Under the pieces are notes generated by a model that had not been told where the DNA came from, did no database searches, and worked only from the letters and a program-made list of their open reading frames with translations. This document shows, one piece after another, positions 50,584 to 60,406 of a DNA stretch of 64,000 nt (positions within the stretch are counted from its first letter, which is position 1; each line of letters starts with the position of its first letter). Position numbers and translations under genes: made by a program. Source of the stretch: Dehalococcoidia bacterium (GTDB taxonomy: Bacteria; Chloroflexota; Dehalococcoidia; Bin125); contig CAXXSR010000001.1 in the NCBI GenBank assembly GCA_963662615.2, positions 1,632,001 through 1,696,000 of the forward strand, written 5' to 3'.

Positions 50584-52137
50584 ATGCGAGCACTCGTCTA
50601 CTGCCGCGTGTCGACCGATGCCCAAGAGCGAGATGGCACTTCCCTCGATACTCAGGAGCGGGCGGCCGTCAAGGTTGCGCGCGAGTCCGGCTATTCGGTG
50701 ACCGAAACGGTCCGCGACACCGCGAGCGGATTCACGCTCGAACGGCCGGGAATCGAACACGTCCGGCGTCTGCTCAGGGCCGGCGCCGTCGACATCGTGC
50801 TGGCCTACGCCGTCGACCGATTGTCCCGCAACCAGAACCACATCGGTGTCCTCTTCGACGAGGTCGCTCAAGCTGGGGCTCAACTGGAGTTCGTGACGGA
50901 GGACTTCGAGGACACGGCGATCGGCCGCTTCATCTTGGCGGCGCGCGCGTTCACGGCGGAGGTCGAGCGCGAGAAGATCGCCGAGAGAACGATGCGCGGC
51001 AAGGCGGAGCGCGCGCGGCGAGGGAAGCTCCCTCAGGGTACGGGCAAGGGGATGTACGGATACGCGTACGACCCGGATACCGGAACTCGACAGATTGTCG
51101 AGGCGCAAGCAGCGGTCGTTCGACGGATCTTCGAGGCGTTCGTCGCGGGTCGAGCGTGCAACGGGATCTCGAACGATCTGAACGGCGACGGTGTTCCTGC
51201 GTTCAGCGGCGGGCGCTGGTACGCGCTGACGATCCGTCGACTGCTCAAGAATGAAGCGTTCGCGGGACGAACGATCTACCGGCGGACCCGCGCAGATCGG
51301 GTGCGGGATGTGGCGCGCGGTCGCTGGACGCGGCGCATCGTGGAGCGGGACCAGTCAGAGTGGATTGAGGTCGCGGGAGCGACGCCGGTGATCATCGACC
51401 GAGGCCTGTTCGACGCGGCACAGAAGATTCTCGACGATCCATCTCGCCGCCCACAGACGGCTCCGTCAGACGTGTACCTGCTCCGGGGCCGGATCTCTTG
51501 CCGGGAGTGCGGTGCGAAGATGGTCGGCCATGCTTCGAATCGAGGGCGCTATCGCTACTACCGCTGCCCGAACGGCTCAAGCGGTCCGGGAGAGACATCG
51601 TGCTGCTCAAGGTACATCCGCATCGAGCGCCTTGAGGGCGCGGTGAAGACGGCCTTGACCGATCTGCTTGCTTCACCGGACCGGCTTCTTGGTGAGGCGA
51701 AGCGTCTCGCCAGACGTCAGCCGCAAGACGAGGACCTTGAGAAAGTGTTCCAAGCCTTAGGCGAGGTGGAGTCCGCTCAGGGAAGACTGGTCCGACTGTA
51801 TACGACCGAGGCGCTTCCCGAGCACCTGCTGCGCGAAGAATCTCGGGTCCTGTCTGAGCGGCGTGAGGTGCTGGAGAACACGCGCCGAGAGCTGCAAGCT
51901 CAAACGGTGCCCACGCCCCGCGACTTCTCGCGGATCGCAGGCGACGTACCAGCGGCACTCTCGGCCATCCGCAGTTGGGTTAAGGACGCGAGCGGGGACG
52001 ACTTCGATCTCATGCTGCGGGCTGTCGATGCACAGGTCAGAGCCTCACACGAAGGGGTCGAGATCGCGGGCGCCGTGCCGATCTTCCCAGATGGGGATCA
52101 GGCGGATTTCGCTACCATTGAACAAACATCGGCATGA
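50584..52137 (+). CDS. large serine recombinase (integrase), intact
   Basis: YCRVST, DRLSR, CRECG...YYRC; stop codon lies inside the att/dnaN overlap. Confidence 0.9.
   Translation: MRALVYCRVSTDAQERDGTSLDTQERAAVKVARESGYSVTETVRDTASGFTLERPGIEHVRRLLRAGAVDIVLAYAVDRLSRNQNHIGVLFDEVAQAGAQLEFVTEDFEDTAIGRFILAARAFTAEVEREKIAERTMRGKAERARRGKLPQGTGKGMYGYAYDPDTGTRQIVEAQAAVVRRIFEAFVAGRACNGISNDLNGDGVPAFSGGRWYALTIRRLLKNEAFAGRTIYRRTRADRVRDVARGRWTRRIVERDQSEWIEVAGATPVIIDRGLFDAAQKILDDPSRRPQTAPSDVYLLRGRISCRECGAKMVGHASNRGRYRYYRCPNGSSGPGETSCCSRYIRIERLEGAVKTALTDLLASPDRLLGEAKRLARRQPQDEDLEKVFQALGEVESAQGRLVRLYTTEALPEHLLREESRVLSERREVLENTRRELQAQTVPTPRDFSRIAGDVPAALSAIRSWVKDASGDDFDLMLRAVDAQVRASHEGVEIAGAVPIFPDGDQADFATIEQTSA
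52112..52137 (-). repeat. att site at island right boundary: recoded 3' end of dnaN
   Basis: CTACCATTGAACAAACATCGGCATGA. Confidence 0.9.
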
Positions 52138-53242
52138 TGACGTGGATGTAGTTGTCACGGCCAAGAGGCCGGAAGACGCCCGGGTTGGACGGACCGGTTG
52201 ACTCCAGGGCGATCTGACCGCCTCCCAGCACTTGCAGCACGTCCTGAAGATAGCGGCTATTGAAGGCGACCTTGGCTTCCTCGCCTTCGACCGTCGCGTC
52301 CATCTCCCCTTGATGATCGCCCTGCTCTTCCGCGCGGGCCGAGATGGCGATCTTCCCCGGCTGCGTGTTGGCCGGCACGATCACCAGCCGCACGATGCCG
52401 CTGCCGTCCCGCGCGAAGACCGCCGCCGTGCGGACTTCGCGGAGGAATTCGGCCGTGTCAACCGTGGCGCGGGTTTGATAATCGGCGGGGATGAGCTGGT
52501 TGAAACTGGGGAACGTTCCCTGGATCAGCTGCGCCGTCAGTTCGAGATCAGTGAGCCGGAACAGGACCTGGCTGCGGGCGCCGTTCACGTGCAACTCTAC
52601 GGGCTCTTCTTGTTCAGCCAGGAGCCGGCTCAGCTCTTGCAACGCCCGCGCGGGCACGATGATCTCAATGGAAGCCTCCGGCGCCTCCGCGATGTCCAAG
52701 TGATAGACAGCGAGCCGGAAGCCGTCAGCGGCCGCGAGCGTGAGCCGCTCCTCATCAATGCGGAGATGAACGCCGGTCAGCACCGGCCGGCTGTCGTCCG
52801 TGGCGGCGGCGAAGACGACGTGCTCGATCGCTTCGCGGAGGGCATCAGGCTCGAGACGGATCGTGTCGCCTTCGGTGATGGTGGGGATGGGCGGAAAGTC
52901 GTCCGCGTCCATCCCGCTGATCGTCGCCTCGTTGCGCGCGCAGACGATCTGGGCCTGGCGCGAACGCGGGGCCACCGTCACGGTGATGTCCGCGGGAGGC
53001 AGCGAGGCGACGAATTCCGTCAGCAGCCGCGCCGGGATCGTGATCGCGCCCTCTTCTTCGACGGTTGCCGTCACCCAACCCGTGATGGCGATCTCCAGAT
53101 TCGTGGCCGCGAGCTTGAGGCGATCCCCTTCCGTGGCCAGGTAGATATGCGAGGTCTGGGGGAGGGTGCTGCGCGCCGCCACTGCCCGGCCGACTGTGGC
53201 GAGCCCGCGCTGCAAGACCTCTTGCCGCGTAGCGAGCTTCAC
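52112..53242 (-). CDS. dnaN: DNA polymerase III beta sliding clamp
   Basis: ATNLEIAI, SRPVLTGV, AADGFRL, GTFP, AFNSRYL, VIMPM. Confidence 0.97.
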   Translation of the reverse strand: MKLATRQEVLQRGLATVGRAVAARSTLPQTSHIYLATEGDRLKLAATNLEIAITGWVTATVEEEGAITIPARLLTEFVASLPPADITVTVAPRSRQAQIVCARNEATISGMDADDFPPIPTITEGDTIRLEPDALREAIEHVVFAAATDDSRPVLTGVHLRIDEERLTLAAADGFRLAVYHLDIAEAPEASIEIIVPARALQELSRLLAEQEEPVELHVNGARSQVLFRLTDLELTAQLIQGTFPSFNQLIPADYQTRATVDTAEFLREVRTAAVFARDGSGIVRLVIVPANTQPGKIAISARAEEQGDHQGEMDATVEGEEAKVAFNSRYLQDVLQVLGGGQIALESTGPSNPGVFRPLGRDNYIHVIMPMFVQW

Positions 53243-53357
53243 GAGTTCCTCCGCAGAATTGTTTAGCCGGCTATGCTATTGACTGTTTCAGTCTAGTGAA
53301 AAACTGCCGCACTGGTGAGCGCGAATCAGGAAAAGATCGCCACTGGCGACAAAACGC

Positions 53358-53377
53358 GGTGGATAAGCTGTGGAAAA
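53358..53377 (-). promoter_or_regulatory. two DnaA-box-like 9-mers upstream of dnaN
   Basis: TTATCCACC and TTTTCCACA on the minus strand, each one mismatch from TTATCCACA. Confidence 0.55.
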
Positions 53378-53383
53378 ACGGAA

Positions 53384-54682
53384 TTACGGTCGCCGATGGA
53401 CCGTCGCCATCGCCCCGACAGCCGCCTCAAGCGTCGCGTCGATGACGGCGTCATCGTGCGCCAGCGAAACGAACATGGCCTCGAATTGCGAGGGGGCCAG
53501 GTTGACGCCGCCATTGAGCGCGCCGTGAAAGAAGCGGCTGTAGGCGTCGGTGTCGCTGGCGGCCGCTGCGGCGTAGTCCGTGGGGAGCTCCGCGCGGAAG
53601 AAGCCGGTCAGGATTGAGCCCGCGCGGCTCACGACGTAGTCCAGCTCCGCCTGTCGGGCGGCGTGGACGAGCCCGTCCCCCAGACGGCGAGCGCGCCGCT
53701 CAAGGTCGTCGTAGACGGCGGGATCGGTAAGCGCGTCGAGGGTGGCGATGCCGGCGGACATAGCCAGAGGGTTGCCGGATAATGTTCCGGCCTGATACAC
53801 CGGACCCGCCGGGGCAAGGGATTGCATGATCCCTGCTGGACCGCCCAGCGCGCCGACGGGAAGCCCGCCTCCGATGATCTTGCCCAAGCAAGTGAGATCC
53901 GGCTTGACGTCCAGTAGCGTCTGCGCGCCGCCCCGGTGCACGCGGAAGCCAGTGATGACCTCGTCAAAGATCAGCAGTGCGCCCGTCCCCGTGGCGATAT
54001 CCCGCAAGGCGGGCAGGAAGCCTTCAAGCGGGGAAATGACGCCCATGTTGGCGGCGATGGGCTCAACGATGATCGCCGCCAAGTCGTCGCTGTGGCGCTC
54101 GGCGATCGTCCGAGCCGCGTCCGCATCGTTGTAGGGCGCCACCAGCGTCTCGGCGGCGTACGTCGGGGGGACGCCTGCCGTATCGGGGAGCGCGAAGGTT
54201 GCGAGGCCGGACCCTGCCTTGACGAGCAGCCCATCGCTGTGCCCGTGATAGCAGCCGGCAAACTTCAGGACCTTCTGCCGCCCGGTATAGCCGCGCGCGA
54301 GCCGAATCGCCGTCATCGTCGCCTCCGTGCCGGAGTTGACGAAGCGCACCATCTCGATCGAGGGCAGGACGTCGACGACGCGTTGCGCCAGCGCCGTCTC
54401 CAGCTCCGTAGGAGCGCCGTAGGCCGTGCCGCGAGTCGCGGCCTCCTGCAATGCCGTGACGACTGCAGCGGGCGCGTGCCCGAGGATCAAGGGCCCGTAG
54501 GCGGAGACGTAGTCGATGTAGCGATTGCCATCGACGTCGAAGAGATAGGGGCCCTCCCCCCTGGCGATCACGAGGGGATCGCCGCCGACAGCCTTGAACG
54601 CACGGACGGGGCTATTGACCCCCCCGGGGAGGACGCCAAGGGCGTCGGCGAATGCCCTGGCTGACGCGGGGCCAGCGCTCAT
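53384..54682 (-). CDS. hemL: glutamate-1-semialdehyde aminomutase
   Basis: PGGVNSPVRAF, NSGTEA, LGKIIGGG, YQAGTLSGNP. Confidence 0.95.
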   Translation of the reverse strand: MSAGPASARAFADALGVLPGGVNSPVRAFKAVGGDPLVIARGEGPYLFDVDGNRYIDYVSAYGPLILGHAPAAVVTALQEAATRGTAYGAPTELETALAQRVVDVLPSIEMVRFVNSGTEATMTAIRLARGYTGRQKVLKFAGCYHGHSDGLLVKAGSGLATFALPDTAGVPPTYAAETLVAPYNDADAARTIAERHSDDLAAIIVEPIAANMGVISPLEGFLPALRDIATGTGALLIFDEVITGFRVHRGGAQTLLDVKPDLTCLGKIIGGGLPVGALGGPAGIMQSLAPAGPVYQAGTLSGNPLAMSAGIATLDALTDPAVYDDLERRARRLGDGLVHAARQAELDYVVSRAGSILTGFFRAELPTDYAAAAASDTDAYSRFFHGALNGGVNLAPSQFEAMFVSLAHDDAVIDATLEAAVGAMATVHRRP

Positions 54683-54833
54683 TTGGGTTTCCCAGCCGGC
54701 CCAGATACGGAGCCGCTCGGCTTGGCAGGGAGAAGCGGCGGCAAGACGCCGTCATGGGCGTGTGGCCGCTCGCCGTTGGGGATTGAGACACCGGCGCTCG
54801 CCCCGAAGCGATCGTTGTCCTTACGAGCGCGGT

Positions 54834-55832
54834 TCACTGGAGCCATTGAGCCATCTCTTTGGCGTGATAGGTGAGGATCAGGTCCGCGCCCGCCCGCTTG
54901 ATGCCCAGCAGCGTTTCCTGCACCACGCGCTCTTCGTCCAGCCAGCCGTTGGCGGCGGCCGCTTTGATCATGGCGTACTCCCCGCTGACGTTGTAGGCGG
55001 CGAGGGGGAGATCGAAGCGCTGGCGGACCCGTTGCACCACATCCAGATAGGCGAGCGCCGGCTTCACCATGATCAGGTCGGCCCCTTCCGCGATGTCCAA
55101 GGCGACCTCGCGGAGCGCCTCGCGAACGTTCGCCGGATCCATTTGATAGCCGCGCCGGTCCCCGAAGGCGGGAGCCGAGTCCGCGGCCTCCCGGAAGGGC
55201 CCGTAGTAGGCGGAGGCGAACTTCGCGGCGTAGGCGAGGATCGCCGTCGTTTCGAATCCCGCCTCGTCAAGGGCGCGGCGAATCGCTTCCACGCGGCCGT
55301 CCATCATGTCGCTGGGGGCGACGATGTCGGCGCCGGCTTCGGCGTGGCTGACGGCGGTCGCCGTGAGCAGCTCCACCGAGGGATCGTTCAGCACTTCACC
55401 CTCCGCGGAGACCACGCCGCAATGGCCGTGATCGGTGTACTCGCAGAGGCAGACGTCCGTGATCACCACCAGGTCCGGGGCAGCCGCTTTGAGCGTCCGG
55501 ATCGCGTCTTGCACGATGCCTCCGCGCGCGTACGCCTCCGAGCCGTTGGGATCCTTGGTCGCCGGGAGGCCGAAGAGGAGAACCGCCGGCACCTGCAGCC
55601 GGCCGAGCTCCGCCGCTTCCGCCGGCAGCTGGTCCAGCGAGAGATGGAACTGGCCGGGCATGGAGGGGATGGCCTCGCGGACGTCGTGATCGTGCACGAT
55701 GAAGAGCGGGTAGATGAAGTCCGACGGACTGAGGGTGGTCTCGCGGACCATGGCACGGAGCGCGCCGGTCCGGCGCAGGCGGCGCAGCCGTTGCGGGAGA
55801 ATGAGAGAACTCTTGCGTGCGGTCTCAAGCAT
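54834..55832 (-). CDS. hemB: porphobilinogen synthase
   Basis: [34 protein letters not shown]. Confidence 0.95.
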   Translation of the reverse strand: MLETARKSSLILPQRLRRLRRTGALRAMVRETTLSPSDFIYPLFIVHDHDVREAIPSMPGQFHLSLDQLPAEAAELGRLQVPAVLLFGLPATKDPNGSEAYARGGIVQDAIRTLKAAAPDLVVITDVCLCEYTDHGHCGVVSAEGEVLNDPSVELLTATAVSHAEAGADIVAPSDMMDGRVEAIRRALDEAGFETTAILAYAAKFASAYYGPFREAADSAPAFGDRRGYQMDPANVREALREVALDIAEGADLIMVKPALAYLDVVQRVRQRFDLPLAAYNVSGEYAMIKAAAANGWLDEERVVQETLLGIKRAGADLILTYHAKEMAQWLQ

Positions 55833-57369
55833 GGGCGACGACCTTTCGGTAGTGATCGCGCAGGGCCGCGACGAGTCCCGGGATGGTGTGAACCGGGCTC
55901 ACGAGGCCGACCCTGAGCCCCAGCTCCGCTGCTGTCTGGGCGGTCACGGGGCCGATACAGGCGATCAGCGTCTCGTTCAGCAGCTCGGCCCGATCCTGCA
56001 GGAGATCGACGCAGCCTCGGACCGTGGAGGAGGCGGTGAAGGTGGCGACGTCCACCTCTCCGGCATCGAGGGGCGACAGGATCGCGGGATCGACCTGAGC
56101 GACGGGGCGCGTGTGGTACACCGGCACTTCGTCCACGCACGCGCCGCGGGCTTGGAGGGCGCGTGGCAGCACGTCGCGAGCCTCGGCGGCGCGGGCGAGT
56201 AAGACTCGCGCGCCCGCCATCGGCTCGGCCGCCAATGCGGCCACGAGGGCCTCGGCGACGAAGCGCTCCGGCACCACGTCCGCGCTCAATCCCCGCTCGC
56301 GCAGCGCCTTCGCCGTCTCGGGCCCGATGGCAGCGATCCGCGTGCCCGCGAACGCCCGGCTATCGAGAGACGCCGCGTCCAGGCGCCGAATGAACTCGGT
56401 CACGCCGTTCGGGCTCGTGAAGAGCGCCCAATCGTACTGGCCCGCCGCAAGCCGCGCGATGGCCGCGCGCACGGGCTCCGCTGCGGCGGGAGCGATCTCA
56501 ATCGTCGGCAGTTCCAGCGCGTCGGCGCCCTCGTCTCGCAGGCGGCGGACCAGCGCGCCGGCCTGCGGGCGGGATCGCGTCACCAGCACCCGCTTGCCGA
56601 AGAGGGGCCGATTTTCGAACCATTGGATCTCCCGGCGCAGCCGGACGACCTCCCCGACGACGATCACGACAGGCGGCGGCAGCTCCTCGCGCTCAACTTC
56701 GACCGCCAGGCCGTCCAGGCGCGCCGTGACGACACGCTGTTGCGGCGTGGCGCCGCGGTGGATGGCGGCGGCGGGCGTGGCCGGGTCACGCCCCTCGGCG
56801 ATGAGCCTGTTGGCAATGTGGGACAGGTTGCGGCGGCCCATCAGAAAGAGCAGGGTGTCCGCGCCATGCGCCAGATGCGCCCAGTCGATCGCGCTGGCAT
56901 CCTTCGATTCGTCCTCATGGCCGGTGGCCACGGTGAAGGAGGAGGCCAGCGCGCGGTGCGTCACGGGGATGCCGGCGTACGCGGGCGCCGCCACGGCCGA
57001 GGTCAGGCCGGGCACCACCTCAAAGGCGATGCCGGCCCGGGCCAGCGCCTGGGCTTCCTCCCCGCCGCGACCGAATACGAAGGGATCGCCGCCCTTGAGG
57101 CGCACGACGTCCTTGCCGGCGCGAGCGCGCTCCACGAGGAGCCGATTGATCTGATCCTGGCTCATGCCTGGAGCGGCCGGCGTCTTGCCCACGTCGATCA
57201 GCTCTGCGTGTGCGGGGACGTCGCGGAGCAGGGTTCGATCGACCAGGCGGTCATAGAGCACGGCATCGGCGCGCCGGAGTCGCGCCTCTCCGGCGACGGT
57301 AATCAGGTCGGGATCGCCCGGGCCGGCGCCGACCAGGCTGACGAAGCCTGCACGCCCGTTGTCGCTCAC
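55825..57369 (-). CDS. cobA/hemD: uroporphyrinogen-III methyltransferase/synthase fusion (CobA-HemD)
   Basis: [23 protein letters not shown]; FTSPNGV, FTASSTV, IGPVTA. Confidence 0.92.
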   Translation of the reverse strand: MSDNGRAGFVSLVGAGPGDPDLITVAGEARLRRADAVLYDRLVDRTLLRDVPAHAELIDVGKTPAAPGMSQDQINRLLVERARAGKDVVRLKGGDPFVFGRGGEEAQALARAGIAFEVVPGLTSAVAAPAYAGIPVTHRALASSFTVATGHEDESKDASAIDWAHLAHGADTLLFLMGRRNLSHIANRLIAEGRDPATPAAAIHRGATPQQRVVTARLDGLAVEVEREELPPPVVIVVGEVVRLRREIQWFENRPLFGKRVLVTRSRPQAGALVRRLRDEGADALELPTIEIAPAAAEPVRAAIARLAAGQYDWALFTSPNGVTEFIRRLDAASLDSRAFAGTRIAAIGPETAKALRERGLSADVVPERFVAEALVAALAAEPMAGARVLLARAAEARDVLPRALQARGACVDEVPVYHTRPVAQVDPAILSPLDAGEVDVATFTASSTVRGCVDLLQDRAELLNETLIACIGPVTAQTAAELGLRVGLVSPVHTIPGLVAALRDHYRKVVAHA

Positions 57370-58280
57370 GGCACCCGCTCCCGCAGGAGGGCGTCGGCGC
57401 CTTGGGCGAGCAGCGCTTCCGCCACGGCGTCGCCGAGCGCTTCGGGGTCGGCGGCCGCGCCGGCGCGCTGCGCGGAGACGACACGGGCGCCGTCGTCGGA
57501 GAGGATGCGGGCCTGCAGCGTCAACTCCCTTGCCCGGACCTGCGCGAGCGCCGCCACGGCGAGCGTGCAGCCCGCGCCCAGCCTGCGCAGGAGGGCGCGC
57601 TCGGCTCGCACGGCCAGCGCCGTCGGTTGGTGATTGATGCGTCGCAGGACGGCAACCGTGTCGGCGTCGTCCCGCCGCGCCTGCAGGGCGATCGCGCCCT
57701 GGCCCGGGGAGGGCAGCATCACCTCAAGGGACAAGTATTCCGTCACGACGTTGAGGCGGTCCAATCGCGCCAGGCCGGCGGCGGCCAGCACGATGGCGTC
57801 GTAGGCGCCGTCGCTGACCTTCTGCAAACGCGTATCGACGTTGCCACGGATGTCCGCGGCCCGCAGGTCCGGCCGCTGGGCGCGCAACTGGGCCTCGCGG
57901 CGGCGACTGCTCGTGCCGATCAGCGCGCCGGGGGGGAGGTCGGCGAGAGGCCGACCGTCACGGCTGACGAGGGCGTCGCGCACGTCGGCGCGGGGCAGGA
58001 ACGCGACAAGCTCGGTGCCCTCCAGCAGTTGGGGAGGAATGTCCTTGGCGCTGTGCGCGGCCACGTCCACGCGGTGTTCCCGCAGCGCCTCCTCCAACTG
58101 ACGGACGAACACGCCTTGCCCTCCCAGGACGCGCAACGATGTCCCGCGGTCGCGGTCGCCTTGGGTGGAGCAGATCACTTCCTCTGTCTCGACACCGCAG
58201 GTGGCGAGGGCGCGGGCGGCTTCCTGCGCCTGGCGCCGCGCCAGCGCGCTGCCGCGCGTGCCGAGCCGTAGGGGCGGCAC
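57366..58280 (-). CDS. hemC: hydroxymethylbilane synthase
   Basis: GTRGSALA, HSAKD, GTSSRRR, RGNVDTRL. Confidence 0.95.
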   Translation of the reverse strand: MPPLRLGTRGSALARRQAQEAARALATCGVETEEVICSTQGDRDRGTSLRVLGGQGVFVRQLEEALREHRVDVAAHSAKDIPPQLLEGTELVAFLPRADVRDALVSRDGRPLADLPPGALIGTSSRRREAQLRAQRPDLRAADIRGNVDTRLQKVSDGAYDAIVLAAAGLARLDRLNVVTEYLSLEVMLPSPGQGAIALQARRDDADTVAVLRRINHQPTALAVRAERALLRRLGAGCTLAVAALAQVRARELTLQARILSDDGARVVSAQRAGAAADPEALGDAVAEALLAQGADALLRERVP

Positions 58281-58281
58281 C

Positions 58282-59595
58282 TCAGCCGTCCTCGACGCCG
58301 AGCAGACGCCGGACCATGGGCCCGCCATCCTGACCGTCCTCGGCGCCGTCCTCGACCCCAAAGATGGCACGGACGGTTTGCGTCGCTTCCCAGCTGTCGT
58401 CCGCGTATCGGAGGTAGGCGATGGGTTCGTGCAGCAGCTTCTTGACGATGGCGGCCGTCATGCGATCGAGCTTTTCCGCGGTTTGTGCATCCAGGCGGAG
58501 CTGGCGGAGCGTGCGCTCCAGCTCCGCATGTCGCACGGCCTCAGCCCGCTGCACCAGCGCCTTGATCGTGGGGACGGCGCGGCGGCCATCCAGCCACTCG
58601 TCGAAATCGCGGGCGGCCCGGCGGACGATGGTCCGCACGTCGTCCGCCGCTTCTTCACGGAGCTTGAGGTTGGCCTCCGAGACGGCCTGGAGGTTGTCGA
58701 TGTCGAAGAGGCGCACGCCGGGGATCTCGCCGACCTTGGGGTCGACATCGCGGGGGACCGCGACGTCCATGAATGTGATCGGCGTCGTTCGCCGAGAGAC
58801 GGCCTCTTTCACCAGGGCCGGGGCAACTACGAAGCCGGGAGCACTGCTGCAGGTGATCACCAGGTCCGCCTCGGCCAGCCCGTCGGCCAGGCGCGAGAAG
58901 GGCAGCACGGCGCCCTCAAGGAAGGCGGCCAGCTCCTCCGCTCGGCGCTCGGTGCGGCTGGTCACGGTGATCCGCCGCACGCCGTGATCGCGAAGCGCGC
59001 GGGCGGCCAGCTTGCCGGCGTCGCCGGCGCCGACGACGAGCGCGCGGCACTCACTGAGGGGCGGCACGTGGGCGCGGATCAGATTCACGGCCGCACTGCT
59101 CACGGAAACGGCGTGCCTGGCAATAGGAGTCTCGGAGCGGGCGCGCTTGCCCGTGCGGAGGGCGTCGTGGAACAGACGTGCGAGGACCGGGTCCAACGAC
59201 CCTGCTTGGTGCGCCGCGCTGAAGGCGCTCCGCACCTGCCCCAGGATCTGGCCTTCCCCCAAGATCATGGAATCCACGCCGGCCGCCACCGCGAACAGGT
59301 GCTCCGCTACCGCTCGCCCCTCCAGCGCATAGAAGGGGGGCAGATCCGTGGCCGGATCCAGGCCGCGGAGCCGCGCCAGATGGGACATCAATTCAGCCGG
59401 CGGCACCTCATTCGTGTCGTGGTTGGGATGGACATAGACCTCCGTGCGATTGCAGGTGGAAAGGAGGACGCCGTTGCCGTATTCCCTGCGGAAGTGGAGC
59501 AGCGCCCCGGGCAGGTCGCCGTTGCCGAGGGCGAGCTGCTCTCGTTGTTTCAGCGGAGCGGTCCGATGACTCACACCCGCGGCGATCAGCGTCAC
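58282..59595 (-). CDS. hemA: glutamyl-tRNA reductase
   Basis: STCNRTE, GEGQILGQV, DVAVPRD; GTG start overlaps upstream stop. Confidence 0.95.
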   Translation of the reverse strand: MTLIAAGVSHRTAPLKQREQLALGNGDLPGALLHFRREYGNGVLLSTCNRTEVYVHPNHDTNEVPPAELMSHLARLRGLDPATDLPPFYALEGRAVAEHLFAVAAGVDSMILGEGQILGQVRSAFSAAHQAGSLDPVLARLFHDALRTGKRARSETPIARHAVSVSSAAVNLIRAHVPPLSECRALVVGAGDAGKLAARALRDHGVRRITVTSRTERRAEELAAFLEGAVLPFSRLADGLAEADLVITCSSAPGFVVAPALVKEAVSRRTTPITFMDVAVPRDVDPKVGEIPGVRLFDIDNLQAVSEANLKLREEAADDVRTIVRRAARDFDEWLDGRRAVPTIKALVQRAEAVRHAELERTLRQLRLDAQTAEKLDRMTAAIVKKLLHEPIAYLRYADDSWEATQTVRAIFGVEDGAEDGQDGGPMVRRLLGVEDG

Positions 59596-60290
59596 GACGC
59601 GCTCCCCACAGATGCGGGCCGCTCGACCGGGGCCGTGCTGCTCACCTCCAGCGGAATCAGTGGCACACCCAGGCGGGAAAGCAACAAGGCTTTGGCTTGG
59701 CCCCAGCGCCTCTGCGCGAGAAGTGCGCGCAGCCGGCCGTCGATGGCGCGTTGCCACGTGTCTTGGCTGACGTGCGGCAATACGCCCCGATCCTTCAGCT
59801 CTCGCCGGACCTCCGCGAGCAGCTCCGCCAGGGGCACGAAGTCCTCCGTGAAATAGTCCGTCAGCTCCTCCCGCACGCGCCGCGCGAAGGCGGGACTGCC
59901 GCCGCCGGTGGAGATGCCAATGGTGATGGGGCCGCGCCGCACGACGGAGGGCAAGATGAAGTCGCAGTGCTGGGGATCGTCGGCGCAGTTCACCCAAATC
60001 CGTCGCTCTTGTCCCTCGGCGCGGATCGCCGCGTTGGCGGAGCGGTCGTCGGTGGCCACCATGACGATGGCGTAGCCCACCATGTCGCCGCGCTCGTAGG
60101 GGCGGGGGATGTGCCGGATGCGGCCGGCCGCCAGGCCCGCCTGCAGCGTGGCCTCGAGGCCCGGGCTGATCACGGTGACGTCGGCGCCAGCGTTGAGCAG
60201 GCCCGTCACCTTCCCCTGCGCCACCGTGCCGCCCCCGACGACAAGGCAGGGGCGCCGCCGGACGTCCAGGAAGATCGGGTAATACGTCAC
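59592..60290 (-). CDS. precorrin-2 dehydrogenase/ferrochelatase (SirC / CysG N-terminal)
   Basis: VVGGGTVA, VNCADDP..CDF, ISTGGGSP. Confidence 0.9.
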   Translation of the reverse strand: MTYYPIFLDVRRRPCLVVGGGTVAQGKVTGLLNAGADVTVISPGLEATLQAGLAAGRIRHIPRPYERGDMVGYAIVMVATDDRSANAAIRAEGQERRIWVNCADDPQHCDFILPSVVRRGPITIGISTGGGSPAFARRVREELTDYFTEDFVPLAELLAEVRRELKDRGVLPHVSQDTWQRAIDGRLRALLAQRRWGQAKALLLSRLGVPLIPLEVSSTAPVERPASVGSAS

Positions 60291-60406
60291 GAAGTCAACC
60301 GATCTTGGTTGCGGCCGCAGCCCGAGTTGCTGCCCCGAGGCGAAGAGTTCCTCCCGGCGTGGGGAGGCTTCGTCCCTGGCAACGGACTTCGTTGCCTGGC
60401 ATGCGC

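Larger units (their letters stand above)
10071..52137. mobile_element. ~42 kb integrative defence island inserted in the 3' end of dnaN
   Basis: Bounded by dnaN-end direct repeats with a large serine recombinase abutting each; defence cargo; host genes outside. Confidence 0.88.

Noticed and set aside
58282-58375. GVEDG repeated at the HemA C-terminus
   Set aside because: Probably a small local duplication in a variable tail; no functional evidence.
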